This document shows, piece after piece, positions 12,510-25,199 of a stretch of 53,908 bases of DNA. The notes beneath the pieces are model-generated. The model was not told where the DNA came from, did no database searches, and saw nothing but the letters and a program-made list of their open reading frames with translations. Both the position numbers and the translations under genes were made by a program. Position 1 is the stretch's first letter; each line of letters opens with the position of its first letter. Origin of the DNA: Octopus bimaculoides (lineage: Eukaryota); assembly GCF_001194135.2 (NCBI RefSeq), contig NC_068987.1, positions 101,483,356-101,537,263 on the forward strand, written 5' to 3'.

Positions 12510-12830
12510 CTGGCTCTCTGTCGTTTACGACCACGAGTGGCTGCAGTTGTTCTAATCAACGGTACCACCTGTCCGAAAAATCACCGTGCAAGTGGTTGAG
12601 CACTCGATAGACATGTGTAACTTTAAAGTAGATTATCAGGGATATTTAGCGTGACATATTATGTGATATAGCTGACCCTTTGAAATACAGATACAACTCG
12701 TTTTTGCTGGCTGAGTGAACTGATCAATGTGAAATAAAGTGTCTTTCTCAAAGACTCAACGCGCTGCCAGTAATCGAACTCATGATCTAACAATCTTGAG
12801 CCGAGTACCCTAAGCACTAAGCCACGCGTC
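12510..12830 (-). mobile_element. Degenerate tRNA-derived SINE related to family A
   Basis: Shares gtgcaagtggttgagcactc..agcgtgaca..gctgaccctttgaaatacag with 39303-39647, but has a different tRNA-like head. Confidence 0.65.
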
Positions 12831-13119
12831 TATATAAATGTGGTGTGTATGCGTATTCATGTAAATTTGTATGTATTTATTTATTGATATGCGCACATAC
12901 ATATATAGATATAGACATAGATATACTCACACACACACACACACGTGTGTGTGTGTGTGTAGACATACATTTATACACATAAATTTATATATGTATATTT
13001 TAGTAACTTATACAAATTTAAATGTCAAACAATTGAAGAGTAAGTTATTCTTTATCTTCCATAGTATTTGAAACCTCGTTCTATCTTTCGGAAATCATAA
13101 CGTTTATAATAATTTATAT

Positions 13120-13326
13120 TATAGGCACAATTCCTGAAATTTTGTTGGCGAAGTCGAGTGGATTACTCACCCACCCCATTGCTTAACGAGTACTTAAATC
13201 ATCGATTGTGAAAGGATGAAAAGCAAAGTTGACGTCAGCAGAATTTGAACTCAAGATGTAAAGACGGTCGAAATGCCGCTAAGCTTTTTATCCACCGTGC
13301 TAACGATTCTTCTAGCTCGCCGCCTT
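13120..13326 (-). mobile_element. SINE, family B
   Basis: aaaggatgaaaagcaaagttgacgtcagcagaatttgaactc..tctagctcgccgcctt. Confidence 0.8.
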
Positions 13327-13754
13327 TATGATATTTTAATGAATTATTTTCATGACATGGAGTTCTCAAAAGATACCCTCAAAAAATATATTTCTTGAAA
13401 TATAATTGTGTCCCAGGTACTGTTGATGATGAAGGTATAAAAATTTTAGCAAGCATGATTTGATAACAATAATAGAATTATTTCTCATTTTCTATGGTGT
13501 TTGAAACCATGAACATTTTCGAAGTTACGCATCTTACATTAGGAATTTTAATATCCCTTTTGTCGGGTTTTCTGCTCAATTCGTCCTTTGTTTCGAAAGT
13601 AACGATTTTAGAATTTATCCAAATTGCAAAATCTATAAAGAATACGTGTTGAGGAAAATAGAGTTATAAAAAGCCATGGAAACATTGGTTCGAGATAAAG
13701 CCTATACAAGAATTAAATATTTGTCAACAATTGGCGACACGTGAGTAAAAAAAT

Positions 13755-13960
13755 TTCTTAATGCATCTGGAGGAATTTTGGCAAAGAAATTCGTTCACTC
13801 AAGCAGATTGCAATTGGAATGGTATAACTTTGAATTGCTGCAACATTACCCACAAACGACAATACTGCTCCTTTTGTTTCTTAGTTCCTTCTAAGTCTTC
13901 CACACAATCATAGGTCTGTGTACAATATTGTGAAAAAAATGCTGAGGTTCTGAAGCAGGT
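13755..13960 (-). mobile_element. Decayed Tc5/pogo-like transposase fragment
   Basis: The minus strand reads VGNVAAIQSYTIPIAICLSERISLPKFLQMH, resembling the SxxATTHSYTIxPxIxxxGxLLxxLFICLQE segment of Tc4/Tc5-like transposases; flanks are disrupted. Confidence 0.35.
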
Positions 13961-14439
13961 GAAGTGGAAATTATGTAATGAGTGAGTGCACAATGCCTCT
14001 CAGTTACATATTTGAGGTTCGTGATTTGCTCTTACAAGATCCCAGGTGTAGCTCTATCATTAAACTATTGGTGTTTCTCGGGTAACTTCAGGCAAACCTT
14101 GCTTGTCATCTCACATTGAAAATCTACTTAGTAGTTGGGAACAGGCCTCAAAGGAACGTACATTTGCAGAAAAGTGCATTAAAAACGTTTTTTTCAATCT
14201 AAATGAGAGATGCATATCATAGAGATTTCTTAACACTCCAGTTTACAAATGTTGAACTTCAGTTAGAGTAAATGTCAGCTATCAAAGGACAAAGAGTTCG
14301 GAGATGTCAAAATAAAAAAGAAATACGAATTGTGTAACTTAAATACATCTCATGATGTGCTTTACAAAGTTCATCCAGACTTTCACTGAATTATAGAAAA
14401 AAGTAACGAGCTTTCTAAAAATGCCAATCTAGCTCCCAA

Positions 14440-14735
14440 AAAGTAATAATATCAATGTAAATGCAACCATCCCTCAATCAGTACGAGCCGAATCCAAGAT
14501 GTACAAATCAAAAACTTGTTTCTGGATATTTGGCAACCGGACAAGGCTAAGAACCTATAAAATCATGCACATATGTATAAAAGTATGCTATTGATGCATC
14601 GCAGGCGAAATCTCTGGAGAGATTGGATACGCCTGCAGTAGGTTGTCCAGGTTTCGCATCCACACAATAATGTTGTTAAGACACATGCCTGATAGACTTC
14701 AACTTTCGATGGTATTTTGATGTATGATAATGAAT
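14440..14735 (-). mobile_element. RTE-clade LINE reverse transcriptase C-terminal fragment
   Basis: KVEVYQACVLTTLLCGCETWTTYCRRIQSLQRFRLRCINSIL is the typical RTE/BovB KxxVYxAxVLxxLLYGxETW..L.RFH.RCL..IL motif. Confidence 0.75.
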
Positions 14736-14829
14736 CAAGCCTCGATTCAAGCCTCAAAATAACGCATTGTAAGCATTACAATGTTTATAACTGCACCCCA
14801 TCGTCAAATGTAGTTAATATAGATACTGT

Positions 14830-14860
<31 letters not shown>

Positions 14861-15759
14861 ACATACGCACACATGTATGTATCTAAATACATAGACATAT
14901 ATATCTGTACAAACACGCACACACATATATGGAGGCATGTACGTATATCGTTACTCAGTGGATTATGTAACCAACCTTTTGATGAAACAGGTTGTGAAAC
15001 CATTCGAATATCGTAAGTGATCCATCCACCCCTGCATTTAATTTCGGATAGAATTTCAATTCAGTAAAAAGTTACGTGTCCTGCAAATATGCTACATCAA
15101 GTCAAATGTTGACCCTTCTATATTGAAAAGCTGAGTGTATTTTAAGACTTAACCATATTCCTGTCTTTACCATAAGTGCTGACATAGAGAATGGTATGAA
15201 CGCCATATTCACACATTTCTAAAATGGATAAATTGTCTAAGATAACTATGTCGCTAATACGTTACCATAACAATTTTCCGGATTATTTAACCTGTATTGT
15301 ACAATAATTATATTGTATAATATAAAGTATATTATGTAATATTTCAGTGGTTTCTCTCTTCTTCATTAGGTGTTACACTCGCGCAGCATACTTAGTTGCG
15401 CACGCGTTCGTTAAGGGATAGGAATTTTATAACTTCTAGGTATATATGGATAGATCAATAATAAACGTACTTGAACAGTGCAGTAAATTACTATGAACCG
15501 AGGCTGAAACTGTACTGTTGTCATCTCACTGTAGCTGACGTAGTTTTAGATGTCCAAGTTGAAGATAAACACCATCTATGTTGACTTCATGCGTGCCTTG
15601 AGACGGAAAACGTTACGATGTCTACTCATTTTGTGAGGGATCAAAATAATTTTTAAAAATTATAAACAGAAATAATAAACAAAACACCACCACTCTACTT
15701 TGGAAATGTTGAATATCATGTGGTCGAAGACCTACTAGAAATCGTAGCTATCACTCACA

Positions 15760-15814
<55 letters not shown>

Positions 15815-16115
15815 ACTCTCTCTCTCCTAATACTCTGCCAACACGAAGGAAACAATGAATTATGTAATATCTGGTCACATTTTTGTGAAACTTATTCTCT
15901 GCAGGTGATGATAAAAATCAATACATTTAAACGCATTTAATTTCGATTTAATTCTAGAACAACAATATTCACTTTAGATATAAAATATCATTTGCTGATC
16001 AGAACTGAGGCGTTCTGATTGGTCCACCACAACAGTGCGGCTGAATTGCCGTACAAATGCTTAGAAAAAACAGTAAAAAATGTCGACCCTGCTCTTCTTC
16101 GCTGTTAATTTTTAG

Positions 16116-16312
16116 GTTGTCTGCGGTGTTTACTGCATCGTATTCCTATTTTCCTCAAATTCAATTGTCTGGATTAACTTCAAATTCTCATATGGAAATC
16201 GATTTTCGTTATTGTTTCTTACTAATTGGAAACTGCAGAAAAATGTCAATTCGTTCTATGAAGGAATTTTTCATAATTATCATCGGCATGTGATCAAGAA
16301 AAAGAAAAAAAG
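16116..16312 (+). CDS. Possible exon (speculative)
   Basis: ttaatttttAG acceptor and AAG|GTAAGA donor; the phase-0 frame is open throughout (VVCGVYCIVFLFSSNSIVWINFKFSYGNRFSLLFLTNWKLQKNVNSFYEGIFHNYHRHVIKKKKK). No recognisable homology. Confidence 0.25.
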
Positions 16313-18509
16313 GTAAGATCGAAATTGTGTTCAGAAGTGGCCAGTTTTAAAAGAAAATTACCACTTTTGTCATATACTTGTTTCGTTTCAAATTTTTGTT
16401 TTATCTTGAGTTACGGATATAAAATTCTAATACTCTTGGAAGGCAAAAAAAAAGAAGAAGAAACGAAATTTTTGATGGAATGCTTTTGACGTAGAGCCAT
16501 ACAAAACGCCAACACCATCATCAACAACCACGCCCAGCGAGAAACCCACCACCGCCATCATCACAATAGTAAAAAAAATACTAAACCAATGCAGTTGTTT
16601 CTACGCGTTTCATGAATATCCTAGAAATATCTATCTTCGGATATTCAAAACGACGGTGCAATCACGGGTAGATTGTCTTTGATAAGTTTAGTCTAGTTGA
16701 TAGCAAAAAAGAAACACGAACAATACCACTATCACAACAAAATAGCATTAGCACCATTTAACATAGCCCACCCCATCATCCATCATAACCACAACAAAAA
16801 CAACTCCAACAACCACATCTCCACTAGTAACTGTATTCGTTAGTATTACAATAAGTATTGATGAAATGACTAATGTACTCAAATGTAGTCAATTAATTGA
16901 AATCACTGTAATTTGCCGAGAGACAATTGCCAGCGATTTGCAAAGAAATTTCGAGAAATTAACAATTTCAGAAAAAAATAATTTACATGCTTCCAGAGGA
17001 AGTGTTATCTTTGTTAGCAGGCAAGGTTACAGCTACAGGCAGTTATCGATCTAATTAAAACTCACCAGTGAAGCACAGTCAAATTCAGTCGACCCAAATA
17101 TGTACATAAGTATGCAATGTTTAAAAAAATTGTGAAGAGTTAGTGGTCAGTAATAATTTTGTGAAATTAAAAACGTATAATTAGCAAAATAATTTTTTTC
17201 ATATCTCATGCCATTCGTCTACTTTAGCTATTTTCCTTATCTCATTGTGGTGACTAAGGAAGGAAAGTAAATTAATTCACATAAAAGAGATTGTCAACGA
17301 CTGTTTCACCTTTGAAGCGATGGAAAGGAGAACGATTAGTCAATAGTTAGAAAAGTCGAAGATATTGACATTTCTAGGTTTGGAATACACCGAAGCGCTT
17401 TTCCAAAATTTTTCGTTATTCCTTTTTTTTTGTCCCTGAAGATATTGCATATAAAGACTTGTACATATGTGTATGCATATTGGCAAATATATAAGCAGGA
17501 AACACAAGTGTCTACTTGGTCAATCAAGCTGATTGAATTATCAAGCTGTCTGCCTGAAATCACGACCAAATTCTAAAATATTCTAAAATATGACAAAATG
17601 GTTCAGGATTCCTTGTATACAAGATACCATAATATATAATCGGTATAGTCACGGCTGGAATGCCTCTCTTCTAAGGTCTACTCGATTAAAGGTGATCTGT
17701 ATTTAAACAGCAATATACCACCTATATCCAATACTCGTCCGTTTATTTCAAATATCAACCCTGTTTACTTCAAATATTACCTAACACATACAAGCTAAAG
17801 TATAGGTACCTAAATGATCACTTGACCAGTCAGGAATTACTACCAAATCTTCCTTGAATTCTATCTAGCAGTCTTAAAAATACAAGAAGAATACAGGATC
17901 ACGGAAAGAAAGCCGGTTGAACGACATGTTGGCAAAATATACACATATTACTCTTAAGCGATTGAAATCAGTTCACAAAATTACACTAATACTGTTTATA
18001 TGAGAGTAAACTATATTACAGTGTGCAAAATACATGTACAAACACTAGCAAACAACACTTGAAGTAATTCACAATTGATGCAGAAAAACACCCGATGCTC
18101 CAGTAAAATAACAATGACTTCATCATTAACTATGAAAAAAGGAAGTTTCATTTTTATCACGCTTCTCAACATCAGAGGATTGTACAGAATGCATTTTACA
18201 ATAAACACTTGACACGCAAAACCAAACTTTGTAAACATGACACATATAACCTGAAAGTTCTGCAACAGAGTATGGACGGCATTAAATGCATATTTATGGA
18301 AATAAAAGATTTTATCATTACAACTGACAATGACTTATCAATAATTCAGGAAATATTCTTAGTGTCAGAAAACATAACATTCCAAACAAAATTCCCAATA
18401 CACACACTCTTTTACAAGATTGTGCATATATTATATATACATACATATGTGTGTGTATCTCTTTCGCTCTCTATGTATGTATATATGTGTGTGTATATCT
18501 TTGTGTGTT

Positions 18510-18550
<41 letters not shown>

Positions 18551-18551
18551 G

Positions 18552-18729
18552 TAAAGTAGAAATTTACAGAAAAACAAAAGACGAAGACAGGTGTATAAAC
18601 AAAAAGCAGGTGTATTAGTTTGACGCTCCGGATTGTGAGAAAGTCTTTCACGTTTCGAGCCTACGCTCTTCAACAGAAAGGAACACGAGAAAATAAACAG
18701 AGAGAGAATTTTAAAATCTTGTTGAGCTT
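18552..18729 (-). mobile_element. Penelope-like-element-derived fragment
   Basis: Carries the CTGNNGA-A-stem-GAAAC motif typical of PLE terminal repeats; runs into an assembly gap. Confidence 0.5.
18645..18680 (-). ncRNA. Minimal type I hammerhead-ribozyme-like motif (atypical core)
   Basis: Minus strand: CUUU-CUGUUGA-A-GAGC(GUAG)GCUC-GAAACGU-G-AAAG. Stem I CUUU/AAAG, stem II GAGC/GCUC, palindromic ACGU stem III. Confidence 0.55.
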
Positions 18730-21700
18730 NNNNNNNNNNNNNNNNNNNNNNNNNNNNNNNNNNNNNNNNNNNNNNNNNNNNNNNNNNNNNNNNNNNNNNN
18801 NNNNNNNNNNNNNNNNNNNNNNNNNNNNNNNNNNNNNNNNNNNNNNNNNNNNNNNNNNNNNNNNNNNNNNNNNNNNNNNNTATATATATATATATATATA
18901 TACATATATATACATACATACTCTTTCACAACAAGGTGCTCTTATTACATACATTCAACATATAAATATCACAAATGTAATTCATGGACCAATAGCAGCC
19001 GAAACTGCACTAGAAATGTAGTCTTTTAAAATGAAAGTCAGCCACACCAACCTCATTAATAACACTCGAGCACATACATACCACACGCGTATACATATGT
19101 GTCAGCAACCTCGCCAACAGTGCCATCAGGTTGCATACTCAACACCAGCTTTTGAACATTTTTACAAACCTTATAATAAAAGGAAATTTCAAAGAAATCA
19201 ACCACACATCCTGGTTATCAAAAAGTACGTAACAAAGAAGGAAATATAATATCATCACAATTCTTTGTCACTTTGCTTACTAAACAGCCACACCAACACA
19301 AACAGATTCTTCACCATGCCAACTTCAAAAACTCTTCCCGTGGATCACTTCTTCCACACATCCCCATTTTTGGATAATAGTAACCCTATTTTCTGTGCAC
19401 CACCTACCAGTTATCAATATAACACACTCGCACATTCAATGAATAAAGCAGAAGCACTTTTACAACCTTCAAAAAGCACAAGGGAGTTTCAGCAAATATT
19501 ATAATCAAGCTTTTCAGAATTCCGTAACATTTCAATGACCAAAATAGACATTGCACAGAATATAGACATTGCACATCAACAGAATATTTGTAAATGCATC
19601 CAACAAGACAACGTAAACAAATGCAATCCTTATTCCCTACCAGAAATAACCAATCTCATAAAAAACAGAGATAGCTTCAAACACAATGTACCAAAATCAC
19701 AACCGAAATAAAACCAAGTATCAAACGGCTAAACAAGGAGGAAACAAACAAAAATGATGAATAAATAAACGAAAGGATAATAGAAAACCGGCAAACATTT
19801 GTATGTAGCATAAACCACAGAACTAACACTAAACCTCTAGAGTAATTAGGGTTATCAATAACTACAACGTTCACACTATATTTCTTGTCACAATAGCAAA
19901 CTCCATTAATACAACCACACGGCAACATGAACCAAAATGCCTTTATCAGATATTTCTCGAAAACCAGCCGGAAAATCCTAGCAAGAGAAGAACACAAAAT
20001 GAAGAATTCACACGTTTCACTTAGTTTATGATTTTTGACTTCTTGTCTCCAGACAAAAGATAAAAGAAAGAAAAAAACAATGGAGAAATCTAAAGAACTC
20101 AAAATTCTCAGGGCAAGATAAATCACAAGCAGTCACCTGAATCAGCTAGGGTTTGGTTGCTCCACAGCATTCATGATTATCTACAACTGCTCGCAGCATC
20201 ATATTCATAATACCAGAAAATGGAAATTTGGTAGAATTATAGTAACTGTAATTTCCAATAAAAATCCAAGTGAAGTATAATCATACGGATCGTTTACTTT
20301 CTTATGAGAACCTTTGAAAATTCTATAAAGATTAATACTTAACATCACTTTCACTATTAACTCATGTCAGCCTAGCAAGCTTAAAGAACATCTAAACACA
20401 GAAGTAACTGGAGTATTGTCTCTGTCCACTAAAAAATTAACGATACAATACCAACAACAAGCGAGGAACAGCAAACGTGAAGCTTTGTCTGAATCCGTCT
20501 TGATCACTTTCTTTTGTATCCGCCCAAAATCTAGAGGAACAGAGGATTAAATTAGGTAGTGGAGTGAGTTCGACATGTCCATATTTTTTCGCTGCATCCG
20601 ATACGTTATATCACGAGTTACAAACTAAATCCAGTTACCACCTACACCAAAAGACTCACCAAACGACACCGCCTTTATATCACAAATCCCTAACTGCGTG
20701 TCACTCACTATCCACCACAATCCGCACACCACAGAGATCATCGGCAAAGACACACATCGAAATAGCAGTCACGAGAAATTACTCCTCACTTATAATTCAA
20801 TGCAAATAATAAGAAACTCCAGGGAGAGCCGAACAGCATAGTCCTTAGAGAAGAAACACTCCTCATGCCAGTGTTTCATCCCTTAACCCGGTACCCTCTA
20901 AGAGGTCCAGGCCACCTCCAGCCATGACACCATATTAACCTTTAATTGTCGACATTGCAATCCTGCTCGTGTTACATCGAAATACACATTAGAAATTGTA
21001 TTCAATTCATACCAAAATTTATTCAAGAAGTAGACAACATCCAATACACCCAACAAAACTACTGCATGTGATGCATTAAATTGCAGACAGCATAAATCGT
21101 CCCTCACGTACATTTCACAACAAAGCATGTAGCTTCCCTTTTAAAACACTTACCGCATGCATATATATCACACACTCCACGCACTTCATTCGCACACTCC
21201 ACAGCCAACGCATATCTCAGAATTAATGTACATCGGTCATAATTATTACTTCTATAAATCTCCCACACACCAGAAATCCCACCATATCTAGTAAATTCCT
21301 ACTACACATTATTCATCTTCACAATACAGTGATAACTACCATTAAACACACACATCAACACCACAAGGTACTGATCCCTTCCCATTACACACCACCATTC
21401 TCCAAACTTCTTGCTACAAAGCCCGTTAAATACCATTCAATGTTCATGAGTTACCATTCACTTTCCACTAAACTCTAAACACCATTCACCCCTAATCCAC
21501 ACACTCCAAAGTAGACCCCCACCTCTCCACCCACCGCAGAACACACGTCACCTTAAACACTACGCAACAGCCGCCTCCCACCGCCACCAGCAACCACTTC
21601 TACAAAGTGCAACACACAAACATATCCTGTTCGAACAACAAAACTATGTATGGTAGCTTCCGTTTCATGATACCCCGGTTGCATAATACGCTGATTGCAC

Positions 21701-21744
21701 CTGACACCCACCACATACAAAACCACCCGCTGTAAATGTGGTAT

Positions 21745-22028
21745 CGTCTGACAGAATAACGAAAACAACGTCGACGACGATGACGATGGCGGTGACGGTG
21801 TTGATAATCATGATGATGGTGGTGGTGGTGATGATGATGATGATGTTAGTGGTGGTGGTGGTGATGGTGGTGGTGGTGGCGGTCGTCGTCGTCGTCGTCG
21901 TGTATGCATGTATTTTATGTTAACGTTACAACAATCAAGTCACATTCGCTGAGTTCAACGAGTGAAAAGCATGTCTTGGCGCACGCGTGTATGTACATGT
22001 GTCTATATCTGTATATATATATGTGTGT

Positions 22029-22071
<43 letters not shown>

Positions 22072-22224
22072 CATGTACACGTATTTCTGCATTTACTTGA
22101 ACGTGAGTGCTTGTGTGTGTGTCGGTATGAAAGAAGAAGAGGAATACACACACACACACACACACGCATGCATATGTTGCTGTTGCACACACACACACAC
22201 ACACATACACACACACACAGGTAC

Positions 22225-22266
<42 letters not shown>

Positions 22267-22290
22267 GCATGCACACATATTGCACACACC
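21745..22290. repeat. (GAT)/(GGT)/(GTC) and (TG)/(CA) microsatellite cluster
   Basis: Read directly from the sequence. Confidence 0.9.
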
Positions 22291-22547
22291 TACGCGATGC
22301 AGGAAGAAATGCGAGAGAACAGGCGTGATACTGCAAAACTGATTAACGAGTTAGAATTGGAGAAAAGGTGTTGGAGGAGAAGGAGGAGAACGACGGCGGG
22401 GAGGACGAGTAGGAGGAGGAACAATAACAACGCCATCAAATATATGTAAACTATAGGGAACCAAAGTTATGGAATAATGCAGAAGAATGTAGGCTATAAA
22501 ATATATTAAAATATCTATATTCTATTATGCATGTGTGTACGTATATA

Positions 22548-22775
22548 TATACCGAGTGCAGCATGTAATTTTAGTCTTTATTAAAACATAACAAGTCATG
22601 CACTTCAGTTGCGATAAGATTAAGGGGTTATGGTGAAAGCTAAGGGTGGCCATTTTGAATTGTAAATATATTTAAAATATTGTCAATAAATATAACAATC
22701 AACCAGTAAATTTTCATTAACCATGAATAAAACGAATAATAATGGGTAAATATATATATATGCAGCATCCGATGT
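22548..22775. mobile_element. Possible Tc1/mariner-derived MITE remnant
   Basis: TA-flanked taccgagtgcagcat with a degenerate inverse atgcagcatccgat at the right end; internal aagctaagggtggccattttgaa (xxGGHFE, a typical transposase C-terminus). Confidence 0.35.
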
Positions 22776-22994
22776 GTGTGTGTGTGTGTGTGTGTATTTG
22801 TTATATGATATCAACATGTATAGATATAAATGTATAAAGCTATGCAGATAAGAATTGATTATGGATTATATACGATAAACACAGATATATACACACACAT
22901 TTTTTATATCTACTTCCGTATATAATCTGTATACAGAAATAAACTACCACACACGCATATTCACGCACACACACCACACAAACACACACATACA

Positions 22995-23043
<49 letters not shown>

Positions 23044-23401
23044 TCACAAATATTATATACTGTTCCGTTATACGTAGGATCAACTTAGTACAGCTTCCAG
23101 TAGGAGATAAATGTATATTAAATTATATATATATATATGTGTGTGTGCATTTGTGTGTTTGTGAGTGTGTGTGTATGTGTGTATGAGCGCGCGTGTGATG
23201 GCGTATACAGAGTGTGCTAAAAAATGTATACACACTTGTGGAAAGGAAAAATTTGCATATATATTTTAATTCGGTGTTATCGCAATTTGATAGAACATTG
23301 AAAGAGGTATCATATTATACAAGTTAAATATTTATTCAGATTTTCCCTTTCCTGAAGTTAGTATGAATTTTTTACCTTTGGGGGGGGGGGCGTACTCTGT
23401 A

Positions 23402-23445
<44 letters not shown>

Positions 23446-23558
23446 TACGTACGTGTGTATATGTGTGTGTCTGTATGTGTGTGAGTGTGTGCGCGCGTGT
23501 GGTATGTGTGTGGAGTAATGGAAATGCAATAATCTATAATAATAATAATTCTTTCTAA

Positions 23559-23778
23559 GGCGGCGAGCTGGCAGAAACGTTAGCACGCCGGGCGAAATGC
23601 TTAGCAGTATTTCGTCTGCCGCTATGTTCTGAGTTCAATTTCCGCTGAGGTCGACTTTGCCTTTCATCCTTTCGGGGTCGATAAATTAAATACCTGTTGC
23701 ATACTGGTCGATCTAATCGGCTAGTTTCCTCCCGCAAAATTTCGGACCTTGTGCCAAGAGTAGAAAAGAATAATAATT
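23559..23778 (+). mobile_element. SINE, family B, full length (MetaSINE-like central domain)
   Basis: ggcggcgagctggcagaaacgttagc head, gttctgagttcaattttccg B-box-like segment, gaggtcgactttgcctttcatcctttcggggtcgataaa core, (AAT) tail. Confidence 0.9.
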
Positions 23779-23982
23779 CCTTCTAATTTTAGCACAAGGG
23801 CTGCAATTTTGCGAGGAAGTCAACTACACATCGATACTAGTACTTAACTGGTTTGTTGTTTCATCAACCCCAAAAGGATGAAGGACAAAATTAGCTTCGG
23901 TGGGAATTGAACATTAACGTAAAGTGCACACAACAATATCGCTAATCATTTTGCCCAGTACGGTAACGATTCTTCCAGCTCG
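23779..23982 (-). mobile_element. Degenerate SINE, family B, tail-to-tail with the previous copy
   Basis: tcaaccccaaaaggatgaaggacaaaatt..aacgattcttccagctcg. Confidence 0.7.
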
Positions 23983-24499
23983 AAAAAAAAGAAAAAAACG
24001 AACGCTTTCACACACGCATATATATATATAATTTCATAAACTTTGTGAGAAGTGTATTACATTTATTTGAAATATAAAGTAACATTGTTTCAAATTCAAT
24101 TATTTTAGATTTCTGTATTTGCATTAAAAAAAAAATCTTTGAATTAGAAAACAAGAGAGAGAAAAGAGCGAGAGGAAAAGAGGAAGAAATAGCATATGTA
24201 CGAGAACATGAAAGAGAAGAATCAGTGAGAAAGTTGAAGAGAGAGATATAGAGAACGTGAGACAAACATGAAGGTAGAAGCAAATGAAGAGAGAAACGGG
24301 GAGTGGGGTGTCATGGAGAGAAGAATAAAAAGATAGAAATAGAATGAGAATAAGAGGCGGTGGGAATTAAACGTGTATACGACGGTGGTTTATTTACAGA
24401 TGCATTAGTCTCACTTCTTGAAAATTATGAGATATAGTGTTGTTTTTTTTTTTTTTGAAATGCTTCAATATAGAATCATAAAAAAGTAATATTATATAT

Positions 24500-24685
24500 T
24501 GTCAGGAACGCATAGTTGTGTTTTTTCTGTCTTTACATTCTGAGTTCAGAAGCCGTCGTGGTTTACCTTGAATTTCATCCTATCAGGGTCGATGAAATAA
24601 GTACCGGTTGAGCACTGAGTTCAAAGTGATCGATTAATCTCTTATCCAAATTTTCTGGCCTTGTACCTATAAAAAGAAGGATTAT
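24500..24685 (+). mobile_element. Degenerate SINE, family B
   Basis: ttctgagttcagaagccg..tttcatcctatcagggtcgatgaaataagtaccggttgagcact. Confidence 0.75.
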
Positions 24686-25199
24686 ATATTGTCATTGAAA
24701 GATGGATGGCAATTTTTTTTTCCGCTTAATCGGAACCTCCTATGTTCAAAATATCAAATTTCTGAAATTGTCTTTAAACCAGGTATGCATATACGTATAG
24801 CATGTGTTGACGAAATGTCAGTATTAATCTTCGGGGTCTCTATGTGGGTATTCAAAAAAGTCGGTAAACACCTGAAATGATTTTGAGCATTAAATATACT
24901 GAATTATTAGCGAACTATTTTTGCAAGATCAATAAGATTCGATTTAAAAAAATGTCCATTTGAGAGATAAAGAAATTTAAAATGGCTTCGTGGAAATTAT
25001 GTCGTATATACACCTAGTAAACGTGCAACCTTATATGGCTGATTGGTAAGTCAATTACGGACAAGAACACTCTTTTCTTGAACACAACGTAACGAAGACG
25101 ATCCATACTTGTGGGTATTTATTGCTCATTTGCACTAGGGTGGTTTCAGTTGTCTGACAATTTTAAATTTACTAATAATAAATCTCTGAACGAGGTATA

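Larger units (their letters stand above)
18130..21730 (+). mobile_element. Highly decayed APE-type (I/Jockey-group-like) LINE, interrupted at about 18430-18900
   Basis: MKKGSFIFITLLNIRGL (18132), IIQEIF (~18343) and IIKGNFKEINHTSW (~19175; cf. GDFNAHHxxW) are endonuclease-like motifs. An A/C-rich plus strand runs for about 3 kb, with a CCHC-like remnant near 21600. RT motifs are not clearly readable. Confidence 0.45.

Noticed and set aside
22298-22449. Plus-strand ORF MQEEMRENRRDTAKLINELELEKRCWRRRRR..
   Set aside because: Short, driven by GGA/AGA-rich low complexity, no recognisable domain.
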